NCBI GenBank assembly: GCA_028826165.1
Contig: JAPDFW010000065.1
Span: forward strand, 186,001-250,000
Direction of reading: 5' to 3'
From: Anaeramoeba ignava BMAN
Lineage: Eukaryota; Protista; Anaeramoebae
DNA: 64,000 nt
Under the pieces are notes generated by a model, which worked only from the letters and a program-made list of their open reading frames with translations, was not told the DNA's origin and ran no database searches. A program made the translations under genes and the position numbers. Shown one piece after another: positions 35,201-47,935 of the stretch; position 1 is the stretch's first letter, and each line of letters opens with the position of its first letter.

Positions 35201-37539
35201 AGCCAAATGCAAAGGGGTTCGATTGAGTTTGTCCCTTGGATTCGGCTTTGCATCCTTAACAAGAAGAAACTTGACTAATTCATGATGGCCATTCATTGCA
35301 CTGAGATGCAACGGGGTTTGTTTTTCATTATTTATTGCCTCTTTATTTCCTTTCCATTTCTCAATCAAGGCTAAAAATTTGAATTTTCCTTCCAAAGCTG
35401 CAAGATGAATGGGTTGGTTCCCAAACTTGTCTTTTAAATTGATTTTTGCTCCATGTTTATAAAGCATCTGGAAACAATCCAATTTTTGATTATATTTAAC
35501 CGCCAAATGAATTGGCGACAGCTTTCCTGTTGTTGATCTTAATCGTATTTTTTTCTTCAATATCATTTCAAGAATTGCGCTGTTTTCTGATTTGATTGTA
35601 TAATGAAGTACTGATTCCCGATTGTTGTCCATCAAGTTAATTTTGTCCTCCTTTGAAAGCAAAAGAGAAACCAATCGGATATCATTCAATTTAATTGCAT
35701 ACATTAAAGGTGTTCTTCCCAGATGATCTTGATGACTGAATTGCATCTGTTTAGCCAAATCAGATGATAAAAGTGAATCAATAAATTCCATTTGGCATCT
35801 TTCCACTGCTGAATGAAGTGGAGTTTTTGATTCCAAATTGACAACATTTGGATTTCCTTGAAAATTGCATAAAAGTTGAAATAATTCAAAATTTCCTTCT
35901 TGAGCCGCAAGATGAAGTGCGGAAATTCCTTGCAAATTTGGAGCGTTGGGATCTGCTCCAAGTTCCAAGAAAAATTTAGTGATTTCTGGTTGATTAAAAA
36001 GTATTGATAAATGCAATGCGTGATTTCCTTGAAAATCTCCAAGATTTTTATCTGATCCTTTTGATAATAAAAATTGTACTATTTCTACATTTCCTATTTG
36101 AATTGCTATGTGAAGTGGTGTTTCGTTTTTTGAATTTAAACAATCGATATTTGCATCTGATGAAATTAAGAAATCTATCATTTGTTTATTTTCTGAAATG
36201 ACAGCTAGATGAAGAGGTCTATTTCCATCAGCATCAAGAGCTAATTTTATAAATTTAATTTTAATTTTATCCGATTTTGATTTAATTAATTATCAAATAA
36301 CTCACCATTAATATCAATATTCTTTTGCAATAATTTTTGAACTTCTTGAATATTTCCATCTTTAACAAAATCATGTATTTCACTTCTAACACCTTCTTGA
36401 TTCAACAAAGCAATAATTTCTGTTTTATTATTAACTTGAGCAAGTGATAAAGGAGTAACACCATTTGAATCTTGTAAATTACAATCAATTCCTTCTTTAA
36501 TTAAAAACTCAGCAAGTTGAACATGACCTTTTTCTGAAACATAATGAATAACATTTCTTTTTTCTTTTGAAAGTAAATGTAAATTAACTTGATTTCTAAT
36601 AAATATTTTTAAAACATTCATATTCCCCATTCTTGTTGCTAAATGAATAGGTAATAATCCTTCTTTGTTTGTTGTGAATGATATTTCATGATTTGTTTTT
36701 TGGATTAGTTTTTCAATTGATTCAAGACTGCTAGATAAAACTCCAATATGTATTGGTAATAATCCTTGTTTGTTTGCTTTTCCACTTAAATCATAATATT
36801 TTTTGATTAATATTTCAACTATTTGTGGTGAATTTGATTGTACAGCCCAATGTAAACAATTCCTTTTTTAATAAAAATGAATTTTATAATTTTATAAATG
36901 AATTTTAATTTTAATTTTGATTTTAATTTTAATTTTAATTTTAATTTTAATTTTAATTTTAATTTTAATTTTGATTTTGTAAATGAATTTTAATTTTAAT
37001 TTTAATTTTGATTTTAAATTTTTAAATTTTAATTTTAATTTTAATTTTAATTTTAATTTTAATTTTAATTTTAATTTTAATTTAAATTTAATTTTAATTT
37101 TAATCTTAATTTTAATTTTAATTTTAATTTTAATTTTGATTTAAATTTTATAAATGAATTTTAATTTGAATTCCTAATACCATCCTTCTTTATCAGTTTC
37201 ATAAGGATTTGGAAATTGTTCTAATAAATATTCAACTATTTGAATATTCTTCAATTCACAAGCAATAATTAAAGGTGTTTTTCCTGTTTCTAATTCTTTT
37301 GCATTTATTTTAATTTGATTTTGAACTAATAATTTGCAAATTTCTAACTGATTCGATTTTATTGCAACATGCAAACCTGTTTCATTATTTTTGTTTGTTT
37401 TATTTATATCAAAATTTTCTTCTTCTTCAAATAGATTTTGTAATTTTTCAACTTCTCCTTTTTTGATTAATTCAAAATATAATTCATATTTTCCATTTGG
37501 TTCGTTATTTAGAAAGAAATTCACTAAATCTGTTGACAT
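32297..37539 (-). CDS. Ankyrin-repeat + RhoGEF (DH) + split PH domain protein; introns 37180-36863 and 36305-36241
   Basis: ~20 ankyrin repeats (TPLHxA). DH domain (EITETEENYVNDL...IFSNI...[29 protein letters not shown]). PH strands KYKLEGKL and KYLFLFTDYLIIC...WHKEL. Splices give GWNCLHWA and INALDADGNRPLHLA. Confidence 0.9.
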
Positions 37540-37794
37540 TTATTTATTTATTTATTTATTTAAAATTTTGTTTTGGTTTTTTTTCTCTTCTTTTTTTGGT
37601 AAATAATAAAAAAGTAATTTAAATAAAAAATAAAAAGAAAAAAAAAAGAAAAAAATGATTTTTTAAATTAAATTCAAAAATTTTTTTTTTCTTTTTAAAA
37701 TTAATTAAAAAAGTCGGAAATGATCAAAAAGAAATTCAATTTAAAATTTAAGTCAAAATTCGTTCTCCTTTTTTCTTTTCCAATTTCTTCAAAT

Positions 37795-38251
37795 TGATTT
37801 TAAGATTGATTTTAAGATTGATTTTAAGATTGATTTTAAGATTAATTTTAAGATTGATTTTAAGATTAATTTAAAATTGATTTTAAATTTTAAAATTATA
37901 TTTAAGATAATTTTTAATTTGATTAATTTTAATTTTAAATTGGTAATTTTAATTAAATTAATTGATTATTAATTGAATTAATTGATTGGTGGTGGTAATT
38001 GGATTTGATTGGATTATTAATTGATTGATTGGTAATGGTGGTAATTAATTGATTGATTAATTGGATTGATTGATTGACCATTTGAATTATTTGATTGATT
38101 GGTAATTGGTGGTGTATTGATTGATTGATTGGTAATTTGACACATTGTATTGGTAATTAATTGATTAATTGATTGATGGTAACAATTGTAATTGGTAGTG
38201 GATTGATTGGTAATTGTAATTGGTTAATTGATTGGTAATTTGATTGGATTG

Positions 38252-38313
<62 letters not shown>

Positions 38314-38345
38314 TGATTGATTGATTGATTATTGATTGATTGATT
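37795..38345. repeat. Low-complexity (GATTTTAAGATT)n then degenerate (GATT)n microsatellite
   Basis: Perfect GATT array ~38250-38340, preceded by a noisy GATT/GGTAATT mixture. Confidence 0.7.
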
Positions 38346-39300
38346 TAAAAATATTAAAATCTAAAACATTAAATTATTATTTTAAACATAAAATTAAAAT
38401 TAAATTATATTTTTAAATTAATTTAAAATAATTAAATATTAATTTAAATCTATTCTTATTTTTTTTATATTTTAAATATTTAAATAATAAAATATTTAAA
38501 TCTAAAACAATAAATTAAATTATTTTTGGTGGTATAAATAAAAATAAATATTAAATTATTAAAAACTATTTTATTTTTAAATTAATTTAAATTAATATTA
38601 AAATATTTAAATTTAAAAACAATGTATAAAATTTTATTAATAAAAATAAATATTAAATTATATTTTTAAATTAATTTATTAATTAAATATTAAATTAAAT
38701 CTATTCTTATTTTTATATTTTTATGTTAAATATTTAAATAATAAAATATTTAAATTCAAAAACAATAAATTATTATTTTAAATAATAAAATTAAATATTA
38801 AATTATATTTTTAAAACAAATTTCCAAATTAAATATTAAATTAAATCTATTCTTATTTTTTATATTTATATGTTAAATATTGAAATAAGAAAAATATTTA
38901 AATTCAACCAATAAATTATTAATTGAATAATAGAATTAAATATTAAATTATATTTTTAAATTAATTTGTTAATTAAATATTAAATTAAATCTATTCTCAT
39001 TTTTATATTTATATGTTAAATATTTAAATAAGAAAATATTTAAATCTAAAACAATAAATTATTATTTGAATAATAAAATTAAATATTAAATTATATTTTT
39101 AAATTAATTTATAAATTAAATATTAAATTAAATCTATTTTCATTTTTTATATTTATATGTTAAATATTTAAATAAGAAAATATTTAAATCTAAAACAATA
39201 AATTATTAATTGAATAATAAAATTAAATATTAAATTATATTTTTAAATTAATTTATAAATTAAATATTAAATTAAATCTATTCTTATTTTTTATATTTAA
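38346..39300 (-). repeat. Inverted copy of the ~145-bp satellite at 8635-9320, ~6 copies (left ones degenerate)
   Basis: AAATATTTAAATCTAAAACAATAAATTATT and ATTAAATTAAATCTATTCT...TATATTTATATGTTAAATAT are reverse complements of the 8635-9320 unit. Confidence 0.85.
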
Positions 39301-39526
39301 TTAAAATTAAAAAAAAAAGAAAGTGGAATCAATTTTTTTAAAAGAAATTTAATTCAAAATTATTTAAAGAATTGAAGAATTGAAGAATTAATGAAAAGGT
39401 GAAAAGAAATTAAAAGGCATTTTCCAGTTGTTTTTTTTTAATTATTTTAAAAAATAAGAAAAAAAAATTTTTTTTTTCTTTTTCATTTTTTCATTTTTTT
39501 AATTTAGATAATAATAAAAAATAAAA

Positions 39527-42500
39527 ATGGAAAAAATAACAAAAGAACAAGTATTAGCAAATACAATCGAAAGATGCAAAAAACAGAATATAATTATCCC
39601 AACTTATGAACAAATGGCTCATCCAGAAAAAATACCAAGTAAAATAAAATCAAATCAAATCAAAAAATACAAAAAAAAATTTTTTTAATTTTTTTAATTT
39701 TTTTTATAGAGGAAATTATTGATGAACTTTCTAATGTTGGATTATGGGATATTAATTCAAGAAATTTATTTCGTTTAAGTAATTAAAATTTAAAATTGAA
39801 AATTAATATTTAAATTCAAAATTAAAATTAAAATTAAAATTAAAACTATAATTGAAAATTAAAATCAAAATTAAAATTAAAATTCATTTATAAAATTTAA
39901 ATTAAAATTAAAATTAATATTAAAATTAAAATTAAAATTAAAATTAAAATTAAAATTAAAATTATAATTAAAATTAAAATTAAAATTAAAATTAAAATTA
40001 AAATTAAAATTAAAATTAAAATTCAAATTAAAATTAAAATTAAAATTAAAATTAAAATTAAAATTAAAATTAAAATTAAAATTAAAATTCTTTTTCTTTT
40101 TTTAAAGCTTGGAAAAATGAACCTAAAGAATTTGGAGGAAAATTTGGTCCTGTTAATAGAATTGAACTTCCAAGTATTTTTACTGGTGTTAAATCAAGAA
40201 TTTTTATTTTAATTGGAAAATTTTTCCCAACTGGAAGTCATAAAGTTGTAAGTAAAAACAATTTTTTAATTTAAAATTTAAAATTTAAAACGAAAAATAT
40301 AATTAATTTGAAATTTTAATTAATAAAGGGAGCAACATTTGGACCTTTAGTTGAAAAACTAACAAGAGGAGAATTTGATCCCACAACTCAAAAAGGTAAT
40401 TTTAAATTAAAATTAAAATTCAAAATTAAAATTAAATTAAAATTAAAATTAAAATTAAAATTAAAATTAAAATTAAAATTAAAATTAAAATTAAAATTAA
40501 AATTAAAATTAAAATTAAAATTAAAATTTAAAATTAAAATTAAAATTAAAATTAAAATTAAAATTAAAATTAAAATTAAAATTTAAAATTAAAATTAAAA
40601 TTAAAATTAAAATTAAAATTAAAATTAAAATTAAAATTAAAATTAAAATTCATTTAAAATTAAAATTAAAATCAAAAATCCAAAATTAAATTTAAAATTA
40701 AAGGAGCTTATGAATTAAAATTAAAATTACTTGTCCAGCAATTAAAATTAAAATTGAAAATTCTAAAGAAAAATTAAAATGGTTAAAAAAAGTTAAAATG
40801 AAGTATATCCAACAATTAAAACAGAAAGTAATGTTAAAGAAGAATTTGATAAAACAAAAGAACTTAAAGAAACCTATGGTGATCAAATTGTTGTTTTGAA
40901 TCAATTTGCTGAATTTGGTAAATTATTATTTCTTTTTAGGAAGTGAAATTAAAATTAAAATTAAAATTAAAATTAAAATCAAAATTAAAATCAAAATTAA
41001 AATTAAAATTCATTTATAAAATTAAAATTAAAATTCATTTATAAAATTAAAATTAAAATTAAAATTAAAATTGAAATTAAAATTCATTTATAAAATCAAA
41101 ATTAAAATTAAAATTAAAATTAAAATTAAAATTAAAATTAAAATTAAAATTAAAATTAAAATTAAAATTAAAATTAAAATTAAAATTAAAATTAAAATTA
41201 AAATTAAAATTTAAAATTAAAATTAAAATTTAAAATTAAAATTCTAAAGAAAATTTAAAATTAAATTAAAATTAATATATAAAAATTAAAATTAAAATTA
41301 AAATTAAAATATTTGATAAAACAAAAGAACTTAAAAAAACTAAAATTGAAAATTGTTGTTTTTTAAAAATTAAAATTTGGTAAAATTAAATTTCAAAATT
41401 AAAAATTAAATTTAAAATTAAAATTAAAATTAAAATTAAAATCAAAATTAAAATTCATTTATAAAATTCATTTATAAAATTAAAATTAAAATTAAAAATT
41501 AAAATTAAAATTAAAATCAAAATTAAAATCAAAATTAAAATTAAAAATTAAAATTTAAATTAAATTTAAAATTAAAACTAAAATTAAAATTTAAATTCAT
41601 TTATAAAATTAAAACTAAAATTCATTTAAAAAATTAAAAATTAAAAATTATTTAGGAAATCCATTATGGCATTATTATGTAACAGGAGGAGCAATTGAAG
41701 AAGTATACAACGAAGAGAAAAAAGAAGGACAAAGATTAAGTGGATTATTTTTAACACAAGGATCTGGAGGAACATTAGGATCATCAATGTATTTACATCA
41801 AAAGTATCCCTTAATGAAAACCGGAGCAGGAGAAGCAGTTGAATGTCCAACATTGCTTCAAAACGGGTTTGGAGAGCATCAAATTGAGGGAATTGGGGAC
41901 AAACATGTTCCTTGGATTTTGAATATTAAGGATCTTGATGCTGTTGTTGGAATTCAAGATGATCAATGCATGAGACTCTTCCGTTTGTTTAATGAACCCG
42001 CTGGTCATAAAATTCTTCTTAAAAATGGAATTCCTAAAGATTTTGTTGATAATCTTCATTTATTTGGTATCTCTTCAATTGCTAATATTATTGGTGCTAT
42101 ACAAATGGCTAAATATTATGAAATGAATCAGAATGATATTTTGTTTACTGTTGCTACTGATTCTGCTCAAATGTATACTGTATGTGTTGGATATTAAGAA
42201 AACTTTAAAATTCATTTATAAAATTTAAATTAAAAATTCAATCATAAAATTCATTTATAAAATTAAAATTTTAAAAATTAAAAAATTCATTTAAAATTCA
42301 AAATCATTTATAAAAAATTTTAAAAATTAAAAATTAAAAATTTTAAAAATTTATAAAATTAAAATCAAAATTAAAATTAAAATTAAAATTAAAATTAAAA
42401 TTAAAATTAAAATTAAAATTAAAATTAAAATTAAAATTAAAATTAAAATTAAAATTAAAATTTTAAAAATTAAAATTAAAATTAAAATTCATTTATAAAA

Positions 42501-42848
42501 TTAAAATTAAAATTAAAAATAAAATAGTCAAGATTAAAGGAAATGACTGAAAAATTTGGAGAATACACTGAAACTCAAGCAATGATTGATTTTGAAGCAG
42601 TTCTTAAATCAATATCACCATTACATTTCAGAGAATTGACTTATTATGAAAAGAAAAGAATGCACAACTTGAAATATTTCACTTGGATTGAACAACAAGG
42701 AAAAACATCTGAAGAACTTAATAAACAATGGTATGATGACAACTATTGGTTAGATAGAATGAATCAATACAAACAATGGGATGAACAAATTAATCAATTT
42801 AATGAAAGAACTGGTCTTTTAAAAGATTTACTTGAAAAGAAAAAATAG
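39527..42848 (+). CDS. PLP-dependent enzyme (fold type II, cysteine synthase/TrpB-like), anaerobic-bacterial type; at least 6 introns (39639-39709, 39779-40107, 40248-40328, 40396-~40690, 40918-41655, 42180-42527)
   Basis: Spliced product ...IIIPTYEQMAHPEKIP...VGLWDINSRNLFRLTWKNEP...FPTGSHKVGA (PLP lysine)...ESNVKE...NQFAEFGNPLWHY...GSGGTLG...HQIEGIGDKHVPW...GISSIAN...TDSAQMY...HNLKYFTWIEQQGK. Exon 5 is partly corrupted. Confidence 0.85.
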
Positions 42849-43025
42849 ATTCTTTTTCTTTTTCTTTTTCAACAAATTTAATTCTTTCTTTTTTCTTTTC
42901 AATTTCAATTTCAATTTCAATTTCAATTCCAAATTCAAATTTTCTTTTTAATTTCCAAATCAAGAAAAGAAATAAATCATTTTTTTCATTTTTCATTTTT
43001 TTTCATTTTTTATAAATAAAATAAA

Positions 43026-44607
43026 ATGCAAAATCAAATTGAAATTGAAGAAAAAGAAATTGAAAAAGAAATTGAAGAAGAAAAATTAAAATGTGCAAAT
43101 TATCAATTAATTGGAAAAGAAAGTTTTATTCCAATTAATCAAAATGATTTTCAAAAATTAAAAAAATCTGAATTAATTTCAACTCCATTTAAAACAAAAA
43201 AACCATCAAATGAAATTAATTTAATATTTGAAATGTTATTTGATGAAAGTAAATAAATAAATTCATTTTCTAAAATTTTAAAATTAATTTAATAAATAAA
43301 ATAAAATAAAAAAAGTTTTATTAATAATATTAAGTTATTTATCACCTGGTGAAATTATTATATTTTCATTAACTTGTAAACAAGCTCAAATAATTTGTTC
43401 TGATTATTTTCTTTGGAAACAAATTGCAATTAAATTTCAAGATTATTTTAAATGGAATTCTTTTAGATATGATTATTACAATAATTATTACTACAATTAT
43501 CCAAATATTGATTTAAAAGCAATTCAATTTAAAATTCAAGAAAAAAATCAAAATAATCCAAATCAAAAACAAATTAAAGAACTTTCCAAAACAAATGAAA
43601 AAATCAAAAATTATTTTGATAATTCAAATTCATCAACAATCCAAACTGGAACTTATAATTATCAATCAAATTTCATTTCAATCAAAAGTGAAAGATTAAT
43701 TTATATCCAAAATCTTCAAAATCCAAAACAAAAAATTGAAAAAAAAGCTAAAATGATTTATAAAGAATTGAAAAAAGCAAAAAAAGAATTTATTCAATAT
43801 CAAAAACAACAAAATAGAATTAATTACAATTACAATCCAAATTACTCTTATTATCTTTATGGTTCAAGAAAATATTTCCTAAATAGCATTATTTTAGGAA
43901 TGAATGGAATTATTTTGATTTCAACATTAATTATATTAAATTATTTTATTGATTCAAAAAAATCAATATCAATTCCAAAATTATTTCTTTTATCAGAAAT
44001 TGATTTAATAATTACAATAATTTGGATAATTTATTCAAAATCAACTTTTTATACAACTCAAGATTATTTCAATTTTTTAAGTATAATAATTTCAGGATTT
44101 ATATTATTGATATTAATAAGTCTAAAAACAACAATAATATTCAATTTTATTCCATGGTTAATTGTTTTACTTCCTTTGATTATTTTATTCATTCATTTAA
44201 TTTCTCAATTAAATGAAGCGATAAAAAGATATCCTTATGATAAACTCCTTTATTCATCATTTATTTCATCTTTCATTTATTTAATAATTGTTCTTTTATT
44301 TACTGGATTAAAAATTGATGGATTTATTGAAATTAAATATTTAAAATTAATTTACTTATTGATTATTTTTGGAATTTATATTATTTATCATATCAAAAAT
44401 GATATTCAAAATAATGGTGCACTTATGATTTTTTTGATTTTCTTTGTTATTATTTCAATTATTATTTTGATTTTATTTCTTTATGGAGATGGAATTATCA
44501 AAAAACTTTGGATTTCTTTAATTCCAATTTATATTATTTTGACTTTTCTTTATTTTTTCTCTTTTGTTATTTTCTTTTATTCAGGATTTAAATTTATTTT
44601 CAATTAA
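43026..44607 (+). CDS. F-box + ~8-TM (TMEM185-like) protein, copy 1 (intact, 504 aa; intron 43249-43315)
   Basis: Splicing gives FEMLFDEILLIILSYLSPGEIIIFSLTCKQAQIICSDYFLWKQI (F-box). C-terminal helical hairpins with ISLK..FIPWLIVLLP, GLKIDGFI and YGDGIIKKLWISLIP. Confidence 0.8.
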
Positions 44608-44664
44608 AAAATCATTTTTCATTTTTCATTTTTTTCATTTTTCATTTTTTATAAATTAAATAAA

Positions 44665-46267
44665 ATGCAAAATCAAATTGAAATTGAAGAAAAAGAAATT
44701 GAAAAAGAAATTGAAGAAGAAAAATTAAAAAGTGTAAATTATCACTTAATTGGAAAAGAAAGTTTTATTCCAATTAATAAAAAAGATTTTCAAAAATTAA
44801 AAAAATCAGAATTAATTTCAACTCCATTTAAAACAAAAAAACCATCAAATGAAATTAATTTAATATTTGAAATGTTATTTGATGAAAGTAAATAAATAAA
44901 TTCATTTTCTAAAATTATAAAATTAATTTAATAAATTAATAAATAAAATAAAAAAAGTTTTATTAATAATATTAAGTTATTTATCACCTGGTGAAATTAT
45001 TATATTTTCATTAACTTGTAAACAAGCTCAAACAATTTGTTCTGATTATTTACTTTGGAAACAAATTGCAATTAAATTTCAAGATTATTTTAAATGGAAT
45101 TCTATTAGATATGATTATTACAATAATTATTATTATAATTATCCAAATATTGATTTAAAAGCAATTCAATTTAAAATTCAAGAAAAAAATCAAAATAATC
45201 CAAATCAAAAACAAATTGAAGAACTTTCTAAAACAAATGAAAAAATCAAAAATTATTTTGATAATTCAAATTCATCAACAATCCAAACTGGAACTTATAA
45301 TTATAAACAAAATTTCATTTCAATCAAAAGTGAAAGATTAATTTATATTCAAAATCTTAAAAATCCAAAACAAAAAATTGAAAAAAAAGCTAAAATGATT
45401 TATAAAGAAATGAAAAAAGCAAAAAAAGGATTTATTCAATATCAAAAACAACAAAATAGAATTAATTACAATTATAATTATAATTATAATTACAATCCCA
45501 ATTACAATTATTATACATATGGTTCAAGAAAATATCTATTAAATGAAGTGATAATTACAATGAATGGAATTATTTTGATTTCAACATTAATTATATTAAA
45601 TTATTTTATTGATTCAAAAAAACCAATATCAATTCCAAAATTATTTCTTTTATCAGAAATTGATTTAATAATTACAATATTTTGGGTTATTTATTCAAAA
45701 TCTAATTTTTATTCACTTCAAGAATATTTCAATTTTTTAAGTATAATAATTTCAGGATTTATATTATTGATATTAATAAGTCTAAAAACAACAATAATAT
45801 TCAATTTTATTCCATGGTTAATTGTTTTACTTCCTTCAATTATTCTATTTATTCATTTCATTTCTCAACTAAATCAACAGATAAAAATATATCCTTATGA
45901 AAAACTTCTTTATTCATCATTTATTTCATCTTTAATTTATTTAATAATTGTTCTTTTATTTACTGGATTAAAAATTGATGGATTTATTGAAATTAAATAT
46001 TTAAAATTGATTTATTTATTGATTATTTTTGAAATTTATATTCTTTATTCTATCAAAAAAGAGCTTCGAAATTTTTGTGATTTTATTGGTTTCTTGATTT
46101 TCTTTGTTTCTGTTTCAATTAGTTTTTTGATTTTATTTCTTTATGGAGATGGAATTATCAAAAAACTTTGGATTTCTTTAATTCCATTTTATATTATTTT
46201 GGCTTATCTTTATTTTTTCTCTTTTATTATCTTTTTTACATCAGGATTTAAATTTATTTTCAATTAA
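44665..46267 (+). CDS. F-box + TM protein, copy 2 (intact; intron 44888-44957)
   Basis: Same two-exon structure; spliced length 1533 nt, in frame. Confidence 0.8.
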
Positions 46268-46319
46268 AAAAAATCATTTTTCATTTTTCATTTTTTTTCA
46301 TTTTTATAAATAAAATAAA

Positions 46320-47872
46320 ATGCAAAATCAAATTGAAATTGAAGAAAAAGAAATTGAAAAAGAAATTGAAGAAGAAAAATTAAAATGTGCAGATTATCAA
46401 TTAATTGGAAAAGAAAGCTTTATTCCAATTAATAAAAACGATTTTCAAAAATTAAAAAAATCAGAATTAATTTCAACTCCATTTAAAACAAAAAAACCAT
46501 CAAATGAAATTAATTTAATATTTGAAATGTTATTTGATGAAAGTAAATAAATAAATTCATTTTCTATTTAAATTATAAAATTAATAAATAAAATAAAATA
46601 AAAAGTTTTATTAATAATATTAAGTTATTTATCACCTGGTGAAATTATTTTATTTTCATTAACTTGTAAACAAGCTCAAATGATTTGTTCTGATTATTTT
46701 CTTTGGAAACAAATTGCAATTAAATTTCAAGATCATTTTAAATGGAATTCTATTAGATATGATTATTACAATAATTATTACTACAATTATCCAAATATTG
46801 ATTTAAAAGCAATTCAATTTAAAATTCAAGAAAAAAATCAAAATAATCCAAATCAAAAACAAATTGAAGAACTTTCTAAAACAAATGAAAAAATCAAAAA
46901 TTATTTTGATAATTCAAATTCAACAACAATCCAAACTGGAACTTATAATTATAAACAAAATTTCATTTCAATCAAAAGTGAAAGATTAATTTATATTCAA
47001 AATCTTAAAAATCCAAAACAAAAAATTGAAAACAAAGCTAAAATGATTTATAAAGAAATGAAAAAAGCAAAAAAAGGATTTATTCAATATCAAAAACAAC
47101 AAAATAGAATTAATTACAATTACAATCCAAATTACAATCATCCATATTCAAATTATCTATTAAATGATATTATCGTTTCAATGAATGGAATTATTTTAAT
47201 TTCAACATTAATTATATTAAATTATTTTATTGATTCAAAAAAATCAATATCAATTCCAAAATTATTTCTTTTATCAGAATTTGATTTAATTATTATAATA
47301 ATTTGGATAATTTATTCAAAATCTAATTTTTATACAACTCAAGAATATTTCAATTTTTTAAGTATAATAATTTCAGGATTTATATTATTGATATTAATAA
47401 GTCTAAAAACAACAATAATATTCAATTTTATTCCATGGTTAATTGTTTTACTTCCTCCAATTATTGTGTTAATTTCTTTCATTTCTCAATTAAATCAAGA
47501 AATTCGAAAATATCCTTATAATAAAAGCTTTTTTATTTTTTTATCTTCGGTTTTTGGATATTTAATAATTACTCTTTTCTTTATTGGATTAAAACTTGAT
47601 GAATTTATTGAAATCAAATATTCAAAATTAATTTATTTATTGATTATTTTTCAAATTTATATTCTTTTTATTTTAATGAAAAAAAATTCAAACCCGTGAT
47701 TTTATTTTCTATTATTTTGATTATTTTTGATTTTTATTCCTTTATGGAGATGGAATTATCAAAAACTTTGGATTTCTTTTAATTCCAATTTATATTATTT
47801 TTATTTTTTCTTTTTATTTTTCATTTGTTATCAATTTTTTTTACATCAGGATTTAAATTTTTGAGAAATTAA
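46320..47872 (+). CDS. F-box + TM protein, copy 3 (frameshifted near 3' end ~47690)
   Basis: Same structure; ORF ends at 47699 but homologous sequence continues to ~47872. Confidence 0.7.
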
Positions 47873-47935
47873 ATAAAAAATCATTTTTCATTTTTCATTT
47901 TTTTCTTTTTTTTCATTTTTTATAAATAAAATAAA

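Noticed and set aside
37960-38260. GGT/GATT-rich stretch as a coding or G-rich structural element
   Set aside because: No coherent ORF; looks like low-quality sequence of a (GATT)n microsatellite, possibly a low-coverage join.
43026-43256. Repeated 76-aa ORF as an independent small protein (e.g. two-gene toxin/antitoxin-like pairs)
   Set aside because: Its stop lies inside a conserved GT-AG intron, and splicing joins it in frame to the downstream exon to complete an F-box.
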